This document shows positions 9,747-20,423 of a stretch of 64,000 bases of DNA, piece by piece. The stretch covers positions 64,001 through 128,000 of the forward strand of contig CAXXFK010000025.1 of NCBI GenBank assembly GCA_963663965.2, in the 5' to 3' direction. Position 1 is the first letter of the stretch. Each line of letters opens with the position of its first letter. A model generated the notes under the pieces. The model saw only the letters and a list, made by a program, of their open reading frames with translations. It was not told the DNA's origin and made no database searches. This DNA is from Sedimentisphaerales bacterium (GTDB lineage Bacteria; Planctomycetota; Phycisphaerae; Sedimentisphaerales; SM23-30). The position numbers and the translations under genes were made by a program.

Positions 9747-9957
9747 TAACTCCGGGGATCTTACAATTCACAGAATCACTCTTAAACTAATTATATAAGC
9801 TAATGGTACAATAGCATCATTAGTACCTCAAAACCAGCTATTTTCAAGAATCAGAACCTGGATTTTTCAGTTGAATTTAATCTGGAACCAACCAATAATA
9901 AAAAATTGTGATAATACTATCGCCTGAAAGCGATATAAAACAGGCCAGAAAATAGAT

Positions 9958-11967
9958 ATGGAGGTTATCATGAATGGAAGTCGTGTGTTTTTAACCGGGA
10001 TGATAATAGTCATCTTGATTATTGGGTGTATCCAGGTCGCGGAATCTGCGGCGATCAAAGATACTGAATCGGCCAGTCACGCCACCGATGCCGCCCAGTA
10101 TCAGATGGTGGATACTTATCCATTCAACGGTTACGATCTGATTCAGATCAACCTGCCGGTATTGTCTCACTATTCCTATTTTCTGGTGAGTGACAATCAG
10201 GCATTGATTGTCGACCCGGGCCGGGATATCGATTTTTATCTGAACCTGATCGAGACCCGGAAACTGACCGTGGCGGGCATCTTTCTGACCCACAGCCATG
10301 CGGATTTTGTCGCGGGCCATACCGAACTGGTCCAACGTTTTCAGTGCCCGGTCTATCAGAGCGCCAAGAGTCAGGCGAAATATAAGATCAGCCCGATCGA
10401 GGATGGCTCGACACTCCAACTGGGCAAGGCGGCAGTCACCTTTATCGATACCCCCGGTCATGTCCTTGATGGCACCAGTGCGGTGATTGGCAGCGCCAAG
10501 GATAAACCGGACCTGATCCTTACCGGTGATTTTCTATTTGTCGGCGGTGTGGGGCGTCCTGATCTGGTCGCCGGTACTACGTCTTCTTATCTGGCCGGGC
10601 AGTTGTTCGATACCTGGCATGATAAAGTCTCCAAACTTCCGGACAGCGTCAGGATTTTTCCCGCGCACGGCGCCGGTTCGCTTTGCGGTGCGCATCTGAA
10701 AGATCAGCCGTTTTCCACGATCGGTGAGGAGCGGGCCTCCAATCCGGCGCTTCAGCATACCAATCGCAGTGAATTTATCGCCGTCATTCTCTCGGAATTG
10801 CAGGAGCCGCCGCAATATTTCGGATATAACGCGGCCATGAACCGCGACGGTCCGCCCCTGGTGGATTGGCAGACCGCCCCGGTTCCGGTTGAACCTCAGG
10901 CGACATTGACCGATGCCTCCCAGTTTTACGTCGTCGATATCCGCGACAGTAAAGAATTCGCCACCGGCCATATTCCCAACTCGGTTAATATTGGACTGCG
11001 GGGCCGGTTCGAAACCTGGACCGGGATTATGGTGCCCTGGGGCAGTCAGACGATACTGTGCGGGGCGCCGGACGATCTGACCGAAGCGGTACGGCGTCTT
11101 CATCGTATTGGCTATACCGGTAAAGTGCTGGCTTTTGAGCAATGGACGGCCGCGAATCTGCCGCTTTTGAAGAATCAGCTGATTAGCCCAAAGGAATTAT
11201 ATGACCAGATGCAGGCAAATACCAATCCGGTGGTGGTCGATGTACGGCTGCCCAATGAATGGATGGGATTGCGGATTGGTCAGGTTTTGAATCTGCCATT
11301 GAATAAACTGTCGGCCTTGTCCGGCAAGCTGGATCCTGAATCGCCGGTGGTCGCGGTATGCAACTCGGCCTATCGGTCCAGTATGGCCATCGGAATATTC
11401 GAACGTAAGAATTTTAAAAATGTGACCAGCCTGGCCGGGGGCAGTGAAGCCTGGATTACAGCTGGTTTGCCGGTTTACGGGGCCGAACAGACCACGGCCG
11501 CACCTGCAGCGACCCGTAAAATGATTCCGCTGCCCGAACGTATCGCTGCGGCGGAATTGAAGCGCCTGATCCTCGATCTGCCGGGCACATTTCAGATTGT
11601 TGATATCCGGCCGGCAGCATCCTTTGCGGATTATAACCTGCCGGGTTCTGTGAATGTGGATATTGCCGAACTGGCAGCCAATCCCGCCTGGCTGGTGGGG
11701 ACTGGTCCGCTGATTATTGTCGATCGTGATGGTTCGATCGCCATGGCGATGGGTGGGATTCTGGCCCAGAAAACCCAGCGTGCGATTAAAGTACTCTATG
11801 GCGGACTCGATGCCTATTGGCAGGAATCGGAATTGGGGATGGCGCCGACGGCTGCATTATCGTCACCGCTGAAAAGCGCACCTTCAACCTCGATGCCCGC
11901 GCCGACGCCTGTGATGCCTGTGCCGGCCCAACCTGAAACACCCAAAAAGAAAAGTGCGGGGTGCTGA
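9958..11967 (+). CDS. MBL-fold persulfide-dioxygenase-like hydrolase fused to three rhodanese domains, with Pro-rich tail ending KKKSAGC
   Basis: THSHADF, TPGH, TGDFLFVGGVGRPDL and PAHGAGSLCG. Rhodanese signatures GHIPNSVNI, VCNSAYRS and YNLPGSVN. Hydrophobic N-terminal signal. Confidence 0.9.
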   Translation: MEVIMNGSRVFLTGMIIVILIIGCIQVAESAAIKDTESASHATDAAQYQMVDTYPFNGYDLIQINLPVLSHYSYFLVSDNQALIVDPGRDIDFYLNLIETRKLTVAGIFLTHSHADFVAGHTELVQRFQCPVYQSAKSQAKYKISPIEDGSTLQLGKAAVTFIDTPGHVLDGTSAVIGSAKDKPDLILTGDFLFVGGVGRPDLVAGTTSSYLAGQLFDTWHDKVSKLPDSVRIFPAHGAGSLCGAHLKDQPFSTIGEERASNPALQHTNRSEFIAVILSELQEPPQYFGYNAAMNRDGPPLVDWQTAPVPVEPQATLTDASQFYVVDIRDSKEFATGHIPNSVNIGLRGRFETWTGIMVPWGSQTILCGAPDDLTEAVRRLHRIGYTGKVLAFEQWTAANLPLLKNQLISPKELYDQMQANTNPVVVDVRLPNEWMGLRIGQVLNLPLNKLSALSGKLDPESPVVAVCNSAYRSSMAIGIFERKNFKNVTSLAGGSEAWITAGLPVYGAEQTTAAPAATRKMIPLPERIAAAELKRLILDLPGTFQIVDIRPAASFADYNLPGSVNVDIAELAANPAWLVGTGPLIIVDRDGSIAMAMGGILAQKTQRAIKVLYGGLDAYWQESELGMAPTAALSSPLKSAPSTSMPAPTPVMPVPAQPETPKKKSAGC

Positions 11968-11968
11968 T

Positions 11969-12481
11969 ATGGATACCAAACCCAAATCCTATATGAACCC
12001 TTATCTGGCCGGTATCGGCCTGGGGTTGACTTTGCTGGCAGCCTTTTTAATACTCGGGACCGGACTGGGAGCGTCTTCCGGTCTGGCCCGGATGGGGGCG
12101 TGTATTGAATTATGGCTGGCGCGGGATCACACCCTGGCGGGTGACTATTTCGGCAAATGGGGCGAGCAACCCATGCGCTATTACCTGGTCTATATGCTGA
12201 TCGGAACATTTATCGGCGGTTTGTTGTCAGCACTTTTGGCCGGACGGGTGCAATGCCAGGTGGAGCGGGGCCTGAAAAGTCCGCTGCGTCTTCGGCTGAT
12301 TTTTGCGTTGGCCGGAGGTGTTCTGGTGGGATTCGCCAGCCGGCTCGCCAATGGCTGTACCAGCGGCCAGGCGCTGACCGGCACCGCATTACTGCTGACC
12401 GGTAGTTTTGTGTTTTTAATTTTTATCTTTGCAGGGGGCTATCTGACCGCCGTATTGTTCAGGAGGCAGTGGAATGATTAA
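11969..12481 (+). CDS. YeeE/YedE sulfur-compound transporter membrane subunit
   Basis: YMNPYLAG, GLGAS, GGVLVGFASRLANGCTSGQAL. ATG 11969 lies one base after the upstream TGA. Confidence 0.9.
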   Translation: MDTKPKSYMNPYLAGIGLGLTLLAAFLILGTGLGASSGLARMGACIELWLARDHTLAGDYFGKWGEQPMRYYLVYMLIGTFIGGLLSALLAGRVQCQVERGLKSPLRLRLIFALAGGVLVGFASRLANGCTSGQALTGTALLLTGSFVFLIFIFAGGYLTAVLFRRQWND

Positions 12482-14489
12482 CACATGCTATCAATTGGAT
12501 ACGCTGGATACTCCGCGGGCTTTTTTGTTATCGCTGGCAATCGGGATTGCCTTTGGTTTCTTTCTGGAACGGGCAGGCTTTGGTTCCAGCCGAAAACTGT
12601 CCGGTGTATTCTATTTTCGTGATATGGCCGTGATTAAAGTGATGTTTTCCGCCGTCATCACCGCCGCACTGGGGCTTTCGTTCTGTCTGGTTATGGGCTG
12701 GATCAACCTGGATAATGTCTATCTTATCCCGACGGTCTATGGCGCTTATATCGTTGGGGGGCTGCTCTTTGGAATCGGATTTGTGATGGGGGGCTGGTGT
12801 CCCGGCACCGCGGCAGTAGGCCTGGCGGGTGGGAAACTGGATGCGCTGGTATTCCTGGTGGGAGCCCTGATCGGTTCGATTCTGTTCAATGAACTGTTTC
12901 CGATGGTCCGGGGTCTCTATCAGGCCGGGGACCGCGGGGTGCAGCTGGTGTATGAGACCCTGGGGATGGGGCGGGCAACGTTTCTGGTCTGTCTGGGGAT
13001 AGCGGCCATCCTGATGTTCTGGGGGTGCGAATGGCTGGAAAAGCGAAATACGCTGCCGGTAGCGGCTGGGACGGGTACGCCCGATTATACGGTTTTAAAG
13101 GTATTTACCGTGGCGATTCTTGCGATGGCTATGGTACTGGTGATCGTGCCGGAATATGGCGCTTCGGAAAAGGCGGTTGCGGCCGGTCCGGTCGAGATCG
13201 GTCTGGAAACGCACCTGATGCAACAGATTGAACAGGCACAGGATCATATCGAACCGGAAGAGCTGGCCGACCGCTTGATGAGGCGCGAGCCTGGGTTGAT
13301 AGTGGTCGATATCCGGCCGGTGGGTGAATATGCCCGGTTTCATTTGCCCGAGGCCATGAATATTCCCATGGAACAGATTCATCAGGCCCTCGCGCCGTAT
13401 AAAAATGTCGGAATGGTGGTGCTGTATTCCAACGGCATGACCCATCCGGTCCAGGCGCGCGATTCGCTCTGGCGGGCCGGATACCGCAATGTCTATATTC
13501 TGACTGATGGGCTGAGCGGTTTTATTGCCCGCTGTCTCAAGCCGGTCTCCTTGCGTTCGGAGCCGGTATCACCAGCGTGGGCGGACAGGGTCGCAAACTG
13601 GCGGAAGTATTTTCTGGCCGGCAGCGCCATGCCCGGCCCGGCACCGCAAGTGAATACGCCGCCAGGTCCGTTTCTGATTGATGCCGACTGGCTCACTCAA
13701 CAGATCAACCGGGCGGATGTCAAGGTAATCGATTTGCGGCCTCAACCGGAATACAACACCGCGCATATTCCCGGTTCGTTCGCGTTGAATATCGAAAATC
13801 TGAGGGCCAATCTCGATGGGGTCGGATCCATGCTCCAGCCCGGGCGTTGCCTGAGTTCGCATTTTGCCGCGATGGGAATCCGCCCGGCTGATACCGTTGT
13901 GATCGTGTATGGCGACAAAACCCAGGACGCGACCCTGGTGGCCATAGCGCTGGAACGCGTGGGGCATCCGCGCTATACGATTCTGAACGGCGGATTTTCC
14001 GCCTGGAAAAACACGGCCAAACCACTGGACCAGGCGTTGCCGGAACCGATGCTCACTGCGGCGCAGCCGGTTGACGCAGACGATGGTTTTACGGTCGATT
14101 ATCCGCAGATTCTAAAGGATATGACCGACGGTAAGACTATAATTCTGGATGTCCGGCCCGTGGATTATTTTACCGGGGCCAAATCTGATGAAGCCCGCGC
14201 CGGCCATATCCCCGGCGCGATTAACCGGCCCTATACTGAAGATCTGGTCAAGGTCGGCGATATTCCCCAGCTCAAGACCATCGAGGATCTGAAGGCGGCC
14301 TATCAGGGCCTGATCCCTTCGCTGGATAGCCGCGTGGTAATCCATTGCCGCACCGGTCATCAGGCCAGCCAGACGTTTTTTGTCTTAAAACGCCTGCTGG
14401 GCTATCGTCAGGTCTTCTGGTATGACGCCGGATGGTCACAATGGGCCGCGCGACCCGAATTGCCGGTCGTTTCCGAGGTGATAAAATGA
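12474..14489 (+). CDS. YeeE/YedE membrane domain fused to three rhodanese/sulfurtransferase domains
   Basis: GFFLERAGFGSS, FYFRDMAVIKVMF and GGWCPGT, then FHLPEAMNI, AHIPGS, GHIPGAIN, HCRTGHQAS and YDAGWSQW. Confidence 0.9.
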   Translation: MINTCYQLDTLDTPRAFLLSLAIGIAFGFFLERAGFGSSRKLSGVFYFRDMAVIKVMFSAVITAALGLSFCLVMGWINLDNVYLIPTVYGAYIVGGLLFGIGFVMGGWCPGTAAVGLAGGKLDALVFLVGALIGSILFNELFPMVRGLYQAGDRGVQLVYETLGMGRATFLVCLGIAAILMFWGCEWLEKRNTLPVAAGTGTPDYTVLKVFTVAILAMAMVLVIVPEYGASEKAVAAGPVEIGLETHLMQQIEQAQDHIEPEELADRLMRREPGLIVVDIRPVGEYARFHLPEAMNIPMEQIHQALAPYKNVGMVVLYSNGMTHPVQARDSLWRAGYRNVYILTDGLSGFIARCLKPVSLRSEPVSPAWADRVANWRKYFLAGSAMPGPAPQVNTPPGPFLIDADWLTQQINRADVKVIDLRPQPEYNTAHIPGSFALNIENLRANLDGVGSMLQPGRCLSSHFAAMGIRPADTVVIVYGDKTQDATLVAIALERVGHPRYTILNGGFSAWKNTAKPLDQALPEPMLTAAQPVDADDGFTVDYPQILKDMTDGKTIILDVRPVDYFTGAKSDEARAGHIPGAINRPYTEDLVKVGDIPQLKTIEDLKAAYQGLIPSLDSRVVIHCRTGHQASQTFFVLKRLLGYRQVFWYDAGWSQWAARPELPVVSEVIK

Positions 14490-14668
14490 ATCCTGACAAT
14501 TCCGATTGGATGATTACGGTTACTTACCGAGTCGAATAACCCAACCAGGTATCGACCCGGACTGCCAGGGCGTCTTAAAAGAACTGTCCGGTGAAGAGGG
14601 TGAGCGAGATTGGACTCGGAAAATTCCCTTTTCGATCTTACAGGCAGAGCCTCGCCAGGGATCAGGGA

Positions 14669-15973
14669 TTATGGAATTGTCTTCTGATAGGGTTTCTGAT
14701 TATGATCGATACAAGCCACGGCCTGAATGATCGCCTTGGGATTCTGTACCGTAATCGGTTCCGGGGCAACATAATTCCTCATCCGACAGCCAAATAAGCT
14801 CACTGTTAATAAATCATTCCCGCGCACTAGCATAAAATCCTGAGATTCCCCCACAGTAGTCAGCGCGGCATTCCCACCGGAGAACGCTTCAACATTACTC
14901 AACGCGGTATGGCCCCGGCCTTCCACAATAATCGGATGAATATCGACCAGCGGCGCGCCCGCGTTCGCAATAATAGAACCCTGGCTGATCTGCCAGTTGC
15001 GGTTCTTGTCGTTATCGCCCAGCTTGTGGATTCCCACCGCCACGCAATCCAGGTTAAAATTCGTCAGTTGCCCATACGTTGCAGGCCCCAGGTAGATCCC
15101 GCCCCAGGTCCCAAACGTGAACAGGTCGATCAGCTGGGCATTATCGGTATGGTTAATCACGTAACAGAAACTCTGCTTTGCCATTACTGCGTCAATCACG
15201 CTGCGGCTGTAACCGCCATCGATAAAACGCCGGTTGGCCGGATTGACATGGCAATGCAGGATACGGGGAATGTCATAACAATGGTCGATCTGAATAAATA
15301 TCCCGCTCAATGGATACCCATAACAATGTTCAAAAAGCACCTGTTCGCAGGGTTGCGAACGGTCGGAATTGAAATCCATCGCCAGATACTCACCAAAAAA
15401 AGTCAGGCATGACAAGGTCACTCCCTGGGCCATGGTCGTTTTCGAACCCTGGATCGTAGGCGGATAGGCAATAATCCGGTCGGCGCTTCGACGCGTCTGT
15501 CTAGGATACCAGAATTGAATTCCGCGAATCTGGGTAGCCGCTTCCACCGTAATGAATGGTTTACTCTCATCCGCAATTGCAAAAACACTTCCCACCGGCT
15601 GCGGTTTAGATGGATGCCGGGTGCCCCGGCCCACCGGACCATGAACCCCGATTAATGAGGCGTTCCGCCTCAATATCAAGCCACCGTCTACGGGATACGG
15701 TTCATCGACCGGCTCCACAAACAGCGCCGCTCCCCGTCCTGCCGCCCAGTCAATCGCCTTCTGCAGATTGGCTGTATTCTCAGCCGCACTCTTGTCGGGC
15801 AAAACCCCAAATTCCTGGATGGATCGCCCAATCAGCGCACCACTGGTTGCTTCCTCAGCCATCACAATCGATTGCAGACCCATCAGCCATATTAAGCCAC
15901 AGAGTCCCACAATCATTAACCGTCGTTGTTTTAATGAATTATTCACGCTCAGATCCTTTGTCAAAGAAAACAA
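14669..15973 (-). CDS. Secreted pectate-lyase-like right-handed beta-helix protein
   Basis: N-terminal EFGVLP...NTANLQKAIDWAA, characteristic of beta-helix carbohydrate enzymes. Signal peptide suggests the true start is downstream of 15973. Confidence 0.6.
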   Translation of the reverse strand: MFSLTKDLSVNNSLKQRRLMIVGLCGLIWLMGLQSIVMAEEATSGALIGRSIQEFGVLPDKSAAENTANLQKAIDWAAGRGAALFVEPVDEPYPVDGGLILRRNASLIGVHGPVGRGTRHPSKPQPVGSVFAIADESKPFITVEAATQIRGIQFWYPRQTRRSADRIIAYPPTIQGSKTTMAQGVTLSCLTFFGEYLAMDFNSDRSQPCEQVLFEHCYGYPLSGIFIQIDHCYDIPRILHCHVNPANRRFIDGGYSRSVIDAVMAKQSFCYVINHTDNAQLIDLFTFGTWGGIYLGPATYGQLTNFNLDCVAVGIHKLGDNDKNRNWQISQGSIIANAGAPLVDIHPIIVEGRGHTALSNVEAFSGGNAALTTVGESQDFMLVRGNDLLTVSLFGCRMRNYVAPEPITVQNPKAIIQAVACIDHNQKPYQKTIP

Positions 15974-16080
15974 TTGAAAATCAATAAGAGGGTTATTACC
16001 CGATTAACGACGGTAAGAATTGAATATTGCGGGATTTACTGGTTTTATCGTGTCGGACGGCGTAACAACAAACCAGTGGA

Positions 16081-17894
16081 TCAGTCTGCATGACCACTCA
16101 TTAACCAGTGATCGATAATCGGCCGCAGATCATCCCCGTCAATCCGGCCGGATTGATTGGTATCGTAATGGTCGCACCAGTCACTCATCCAGCACTCAGA
16201 TTCCAGCCAGTGTTGTGTCATTAGCGCAACATCAATCAGATTAACCACATGATCCGAATTGAAATCGATACGGTAAACCCGGCTGGTATCAGTATCCTCA
16301 TAATATTCCCAGACCGCAATTCCCGCCGGTAAGCTAATAGGTATATTCGCGCCAAATGGAACCAGATCCGGATTAAATTGCGGCAACACGACCCCGCTCG
16401 AACTGCCCAGACCGCGATTAATATCCCAGGTGCCGTTCATGGCAAATTTATATTCTACCTGCATTGCCGAGGGACAGTCCGCCGTCCAGCGCCAGATATA
16501 ATCGGCAATGAGTGTCATTTGATTCGCCGTAGTAAAACTCCACGGTTGACCAAACACGGCCGCATGATTACCCGGTACATGAACACTGTTAAAGTAACTC
16601 ATCGGCCCATTTTTATCGGGATCACGATACCAGTAACAATATCCCTGTGGAGGGCAGGTTAAATAAACCGCGCCATTCTGATCGGACCAGACATCCGCTG
16701 GTTGCTCGCCCGGCCCCCACGCGATTGCGCTGTAAACCGAATTGGGTACAGCATAAATCGTTGCCCCAAAGTGTCATTGCTGCTGCTGAAACAACCATAA
16801 ACCGGCGTGTTATTCCCAAAGACAATCAGGTCATCGGATTTATGTAACGTATAAGTCCCGTGAAAATCAAATTTTCTACGTGCCTGCAACGCCCTGCGTA
16901 TCGAATCCTGGAACATCGGATTGAACCAGTCGCTCCAGAAGACACACGGGATTGGATCAATATAGAGAATAAAACCATACCCGCGGAATTTGTGATAAAC
17001 CTGGTCGGTATCATGATTACGAACGAAAGAAATCGCCCGGTTACTGAGCAGACCCGCGCCTTCCAATCCGCCGGCATTACCCTGTAACGCGTAATACAAA
17101 GGAAAATCGAAAGCGTAATTACCGGTATAATTCATCCAGTTGAGAATTTTGTCCCGGCTATCCCAGAACTCGCCCACACACGGCCCGACCGTGCCGAACG
17201 CCTTAGACATATCCCAGCTGAAATGCTTAACGGCATCGAGCCGGAATCCCGAAATGTTCCCAACGGTTTCTTTCAACCACCCGGCCCATTCCAATTGACC
17301 ATTGAACATGTAACTCGAATGATGGCAGACATCTTCACCCATAATATAATCTTCGCCATCACACAAATCGCAATCATCCGGCCATCCCGGATGAAAATCC
17401 AGTGCGGATTTCCAGAACTTGTTATGCACATATTGAAATCCCTGCCAGTACCACTGACCCGTAGCAGGATCCTGTGTTTGGTGTTCCGCGCCCACCATAT
17501 GGTTGGCCACTAAATCCAGTAATACGTTTTCACAGGCCGCCGCCGCCCGCTGTAGTTCCGCCAGACTGCCAAATCGAGTCTCGACCGTCCCTTTCTGATT
17601 ATATTGACCCAGGTCATAATTATCATAAAGATCGTACCCCATCGAATAACCACCCGATGCCCCCTTGGTGGGCGGTGGAAACCAGAAGTGCGTAAATCCA
17701 GCCTGTTTAACCCCCGGCGCTTCTTCGGTTATCCGGTCATACCAGATCCCGCCAGTCGGCACTTCCCAGTAAAATGCCTGAAATACCACACTGTCCGAAT
17801 CCAGCGGTGCACCACCTGAAAATACCGGCCCGGCAACCAGGGCTGTAAGTATCCAGGAAAAATACCGATATGCTCTAATTTTAATAATCAACAC
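16081..17894 (-). pseudogene. GH13 alpha-amylase with C-terminal carbohydrate-binding-like and dockerin-like domains, split by a one-base frameshift at 16764-16767
   Basis: FQAFYWE, GYDLYDNYDLG, ETRFGS, DLVANH, GFRLDAVKH, VGEFW, FVRNHDT. Adding one G to the G4 run gives ...DTLGATIYAVPNSVYSAIAWGPGEQPADVWSDQNGAVYLTCPPQGYCYWYRDPDKNGP, in frame with ORF 16081-16602. Confidence 0.8.
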
Positions 17895-18080
17895 CTCAAC
17901 AGATTGCCTCTTAACCGCACAAAAAAATACTATTTTTTAATACTTGTTTGGGTTATATAATATTAATCGGTTATTTCTGAAATGAATATTGGTTACCAGA
18001 CTAAAATCTTTGAAATTTCAAGGATATTTTAATCTTCATCATAAGGACATAAACTTATTTGGGTAAAATGATAATGAATA

Positions 18081-19508
18081 CTAAGTACGATTAGGTCCAA
18101 CCAAATTACCTTTAAGGCAATGACGGTAAAGTACAAGGGTAAAGATTATCCAGCTTGCCAGCACACAGATTACAATGTAATACCATTGTGCCAGTAGCAA
18201 AGTATTGATAGCGCTGAGAGCCATCGCCAGTAAGAACATCAGCGGTCCTATAAACATCATAACGGCATTACGACGGCCAAATAAAGTCCCGGTTGCGAAT
18301 CCCAGGGGCATAAACATTGGAGTTAAATAAAAGTTGGTTAGATAAGGCGCTGTGAAAACTGCTCCCTGCTCACCGAACCATGGAAGCACTGGCATATAGG
18401 GTTCGGCCAGGTTGGCCACTGCGACCATGGAAGTCATTAAACCGGTAGTAATGATCGTTATCGTTACCATCGCGATGAGCGAGGCCGCAAATCGTTTTTT
18501 TCGACTGAAAGGCATCAGCAGGGAAGGATGTACCGGTAAAATCCACATCATCGCGCCAAAGACGGGCATGACGTAAATAATGTTCGTTTGTATTTGGCCG
18601 AAATCATTTTTCCCAACTTGGAAATTGTTCATGATATAACCATAAATCACAATGAGAATCATTATCCCGAAAATAAATTGTTTTGTCCCGCGGGCAAAAG
18701 CGCTTCCAATGACGGCGTATACGGAACCGGCTGAATGACGGATTGTGGGGTGAAGCGTCCTATTTCTCATCATATTGAGAGTCAATTGTTCGTAGCGGCT
18801 CATTCGCCCTTCGTCTGGTTTCTTTCTGGCGTAAAACTCTGCAACTTGCTGACGCATCATGGCGGGATCGGTCCAGTTGCCCGAAAGACCAGGCAGGGCG
18901 CGTCCACAAAACTGGCGAGTGTATTTTTCCGGATTGAAAAAAGTCCAGCCATAATAACAATAACCACCCAGGGTAACGATAAATAACCAGTGGATTTGGT
19001 GAATTAAATTCCAGATATGGAAATAACCGCCAAAAAAGATTGTTAAGAATAAGAATGCCCAGATTGGCCCCAGCCAACTGAATCGATTGGGAGTACTGTC
19101 CTGATAAGAAAATTGAGCGCTGAATAGATAAACGGATAAATTAATGAACATCAGCGCCAGGGTAATAAGGATAAATTCGATTCCGCTGCTATGGATTAAC
19201 GGCACATAGAGCAGGGTTAATACCAGGCTTAACAGGGCGCCAATTCCATAAATAATATGGCGATAGAGTTTACGGCCGTCCGGCAGACAGAAGGTGATCG
19301 GGCGAGACATGATTTCTTTTTGCAATGTACCGACCATCATTCCCATAAGCATTGGAATAATCAGGTAATGCATCCGGTTGAAAAATTCTTCCTTATGATA
19401 GGACATGGCTATCACAGGCCCCTGGGCCAGGAGGATGAGATACCAGAACCATAGCCCTTTGCGTTGATAAAATATTTTCAAATTGGCAGTTAAAGGAGTC
19501 ATGGTCAT
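18081..19508 (-). CDS. Multi-pass membrane protein, probable ABC exporter permease
   Basis: Many hydrophobic segments; directly follows an ABC ATPase in a GntR-ABC operon. Confidence 0.7.
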   Translation of the reverse strand: MTMTPLTANLKIFYQRKGLWFWYLILLAQGPVIAMSYHKEEFFNRMHYLIIPMLMGMMVGTLQKEIMSRPITFCLPDGRKLYRHIIYGIGALLSLVLTLLYVPLIHSSGIEFILITLALMFINLSVYLFSAQFSYQDSTPNRFSWLGPIWAFLFLTIFFGGYFHIWNLIHQIHWLFIVTLGGYCYYGWTFFNPEKYTRQFCGRALPGLSGNWTDPAMMRQQVAEFYARKKPDEGRMSRYEQLTLNMMRNRTLHPTIRHSAGSVYAVIGSAFARGTKQFIFGIMILIVIYGYIMNNFQVGKNDFGQIQTNIIYVMPVFGAMMWILPVHPSLLMPFSRKKRFAASLIAMVTITIITTGLMTSMVAVANLAEPYMPVLPWFGEQGAVFTAPYLTNFYLTPMFMPLGFATGTLFGRRNAVMMFIGPLMFLLAMALSAINTLLLAQWYYIVICVLASWIIFTLVLYRHCLKGNLVGPNRT

Positions 19509-19514
19509 ACCTTT

Positions 19515-20423
19515 TTAAACAGGAATCGATTTTTGCCGCTCAATTTCAGTTTTATAAATTTCTTCAAGCGTAAGAGAGCGAATCTGATACGGGCAATCGA
19601 GAGTGTCGGCAAGTTCTTTGACTCTCTTGGCGGGAGTGTCATACAGCGTAATAACAGCCTGGCCCGGTTCGTAGTGAGAGTCCAGGATGTTGCCGAACGG
19701 CAGGTGGGGGCGGCTACCATTTAATCCAGTCAGGCGAACCTGGCAGTAGCGTTCTCTCAAATCGTCAAAGGAACAGTTAGAGAGAATGTGGCCTTTGTCC
19801 ATAATAATGGCGTGATCGATTACTTTTTCGATATCAGAGAGGATGTGAGATGATATAATAATGGTCCGGCCTTCGTGTTGAATCAATTCAAGTAACAGGT
19901 TGAGGAAATTCGAACGCGCGATCGGATCAAGCGCGGAAGCCGGTTCATCCAATAAAAGTAATTTGGGTTCATGGCAGATGGCCAACAGAATGCTTAATTG
20001 CTGGCGTTTTCCCGGCGAGAGCGCGCCGACCCGGGCTTTCAGGTCAATTTCAAACTGATCAACAAAGCGATCCTGTAACTGGCGATTCCAGGTATGGTAA
20101 TAGGCCGCAATATAATCGATATGCTGACGCACGCTCATCCAGTCGAGGAGCTGGCCTTCCTGGTGGACATAACCAATCTGGGCCAGCAGATTTCCATTAA
20201 GGTTTTCGGCGGGACAGCCGAAAGTCAGGCATTCACCAAAATCTGGTAGATAAAGTCCAATTACGTGACGAATCAAAGTACTTTTTCCGCAACCATTAGA
20301 TCCCAACAGTCCGATAATCGTGTTTGTTCCAATCGTTAGATCGATGTTATCCAGGGCAATCGTTTTGCCAAATTTTTTGCATAAACCTTTTATTTCAATT
20401 GGAAAAGAATTATTCATGGTCAA
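19515..20423 (-). CDS. ABC transporter ATP-binding protein (YtrB-like)
   Basis: Walker A GSNGCGKST, signature LSPGKRQQ, Walker B LLLLDEP, ISSH. Confidence 0.95.
   Translation of the reverse strand: MTMNNSFPIEIKGLCKKFGKTIALDNIDLTIGTNTIIGLLGSNGCGKSTLIRHVIGLYLPDFGECLTFGCPAENLNGNLLAQIGYVHQEGQLLDWMSVRQHIDYIAAYYHTWNRQLQDRFVDQFEIDLKARVGALSPGKRQQLSILLAICHEPKLLLLDEPASALDPIARSNFLNLLLELIQHEGRTIIISSHILSDIEKVIDHAIIMDKGHILSNCSFDDLRERYCQVRLTGLNGSRPHLPFGNILDSHYEPGQAVITLYDTPAKRVKELADTLDCPYQIRSLTLEEIYKTEIERQKSIPV

Noticed and set aside
11959..11975. Selenocysteine readthrough at GC-TGA
   Set aside because: The next gene starts one base after the TGA, I saw no convincing SECIS hairpin, and the readthrough frame does not look protein-like.
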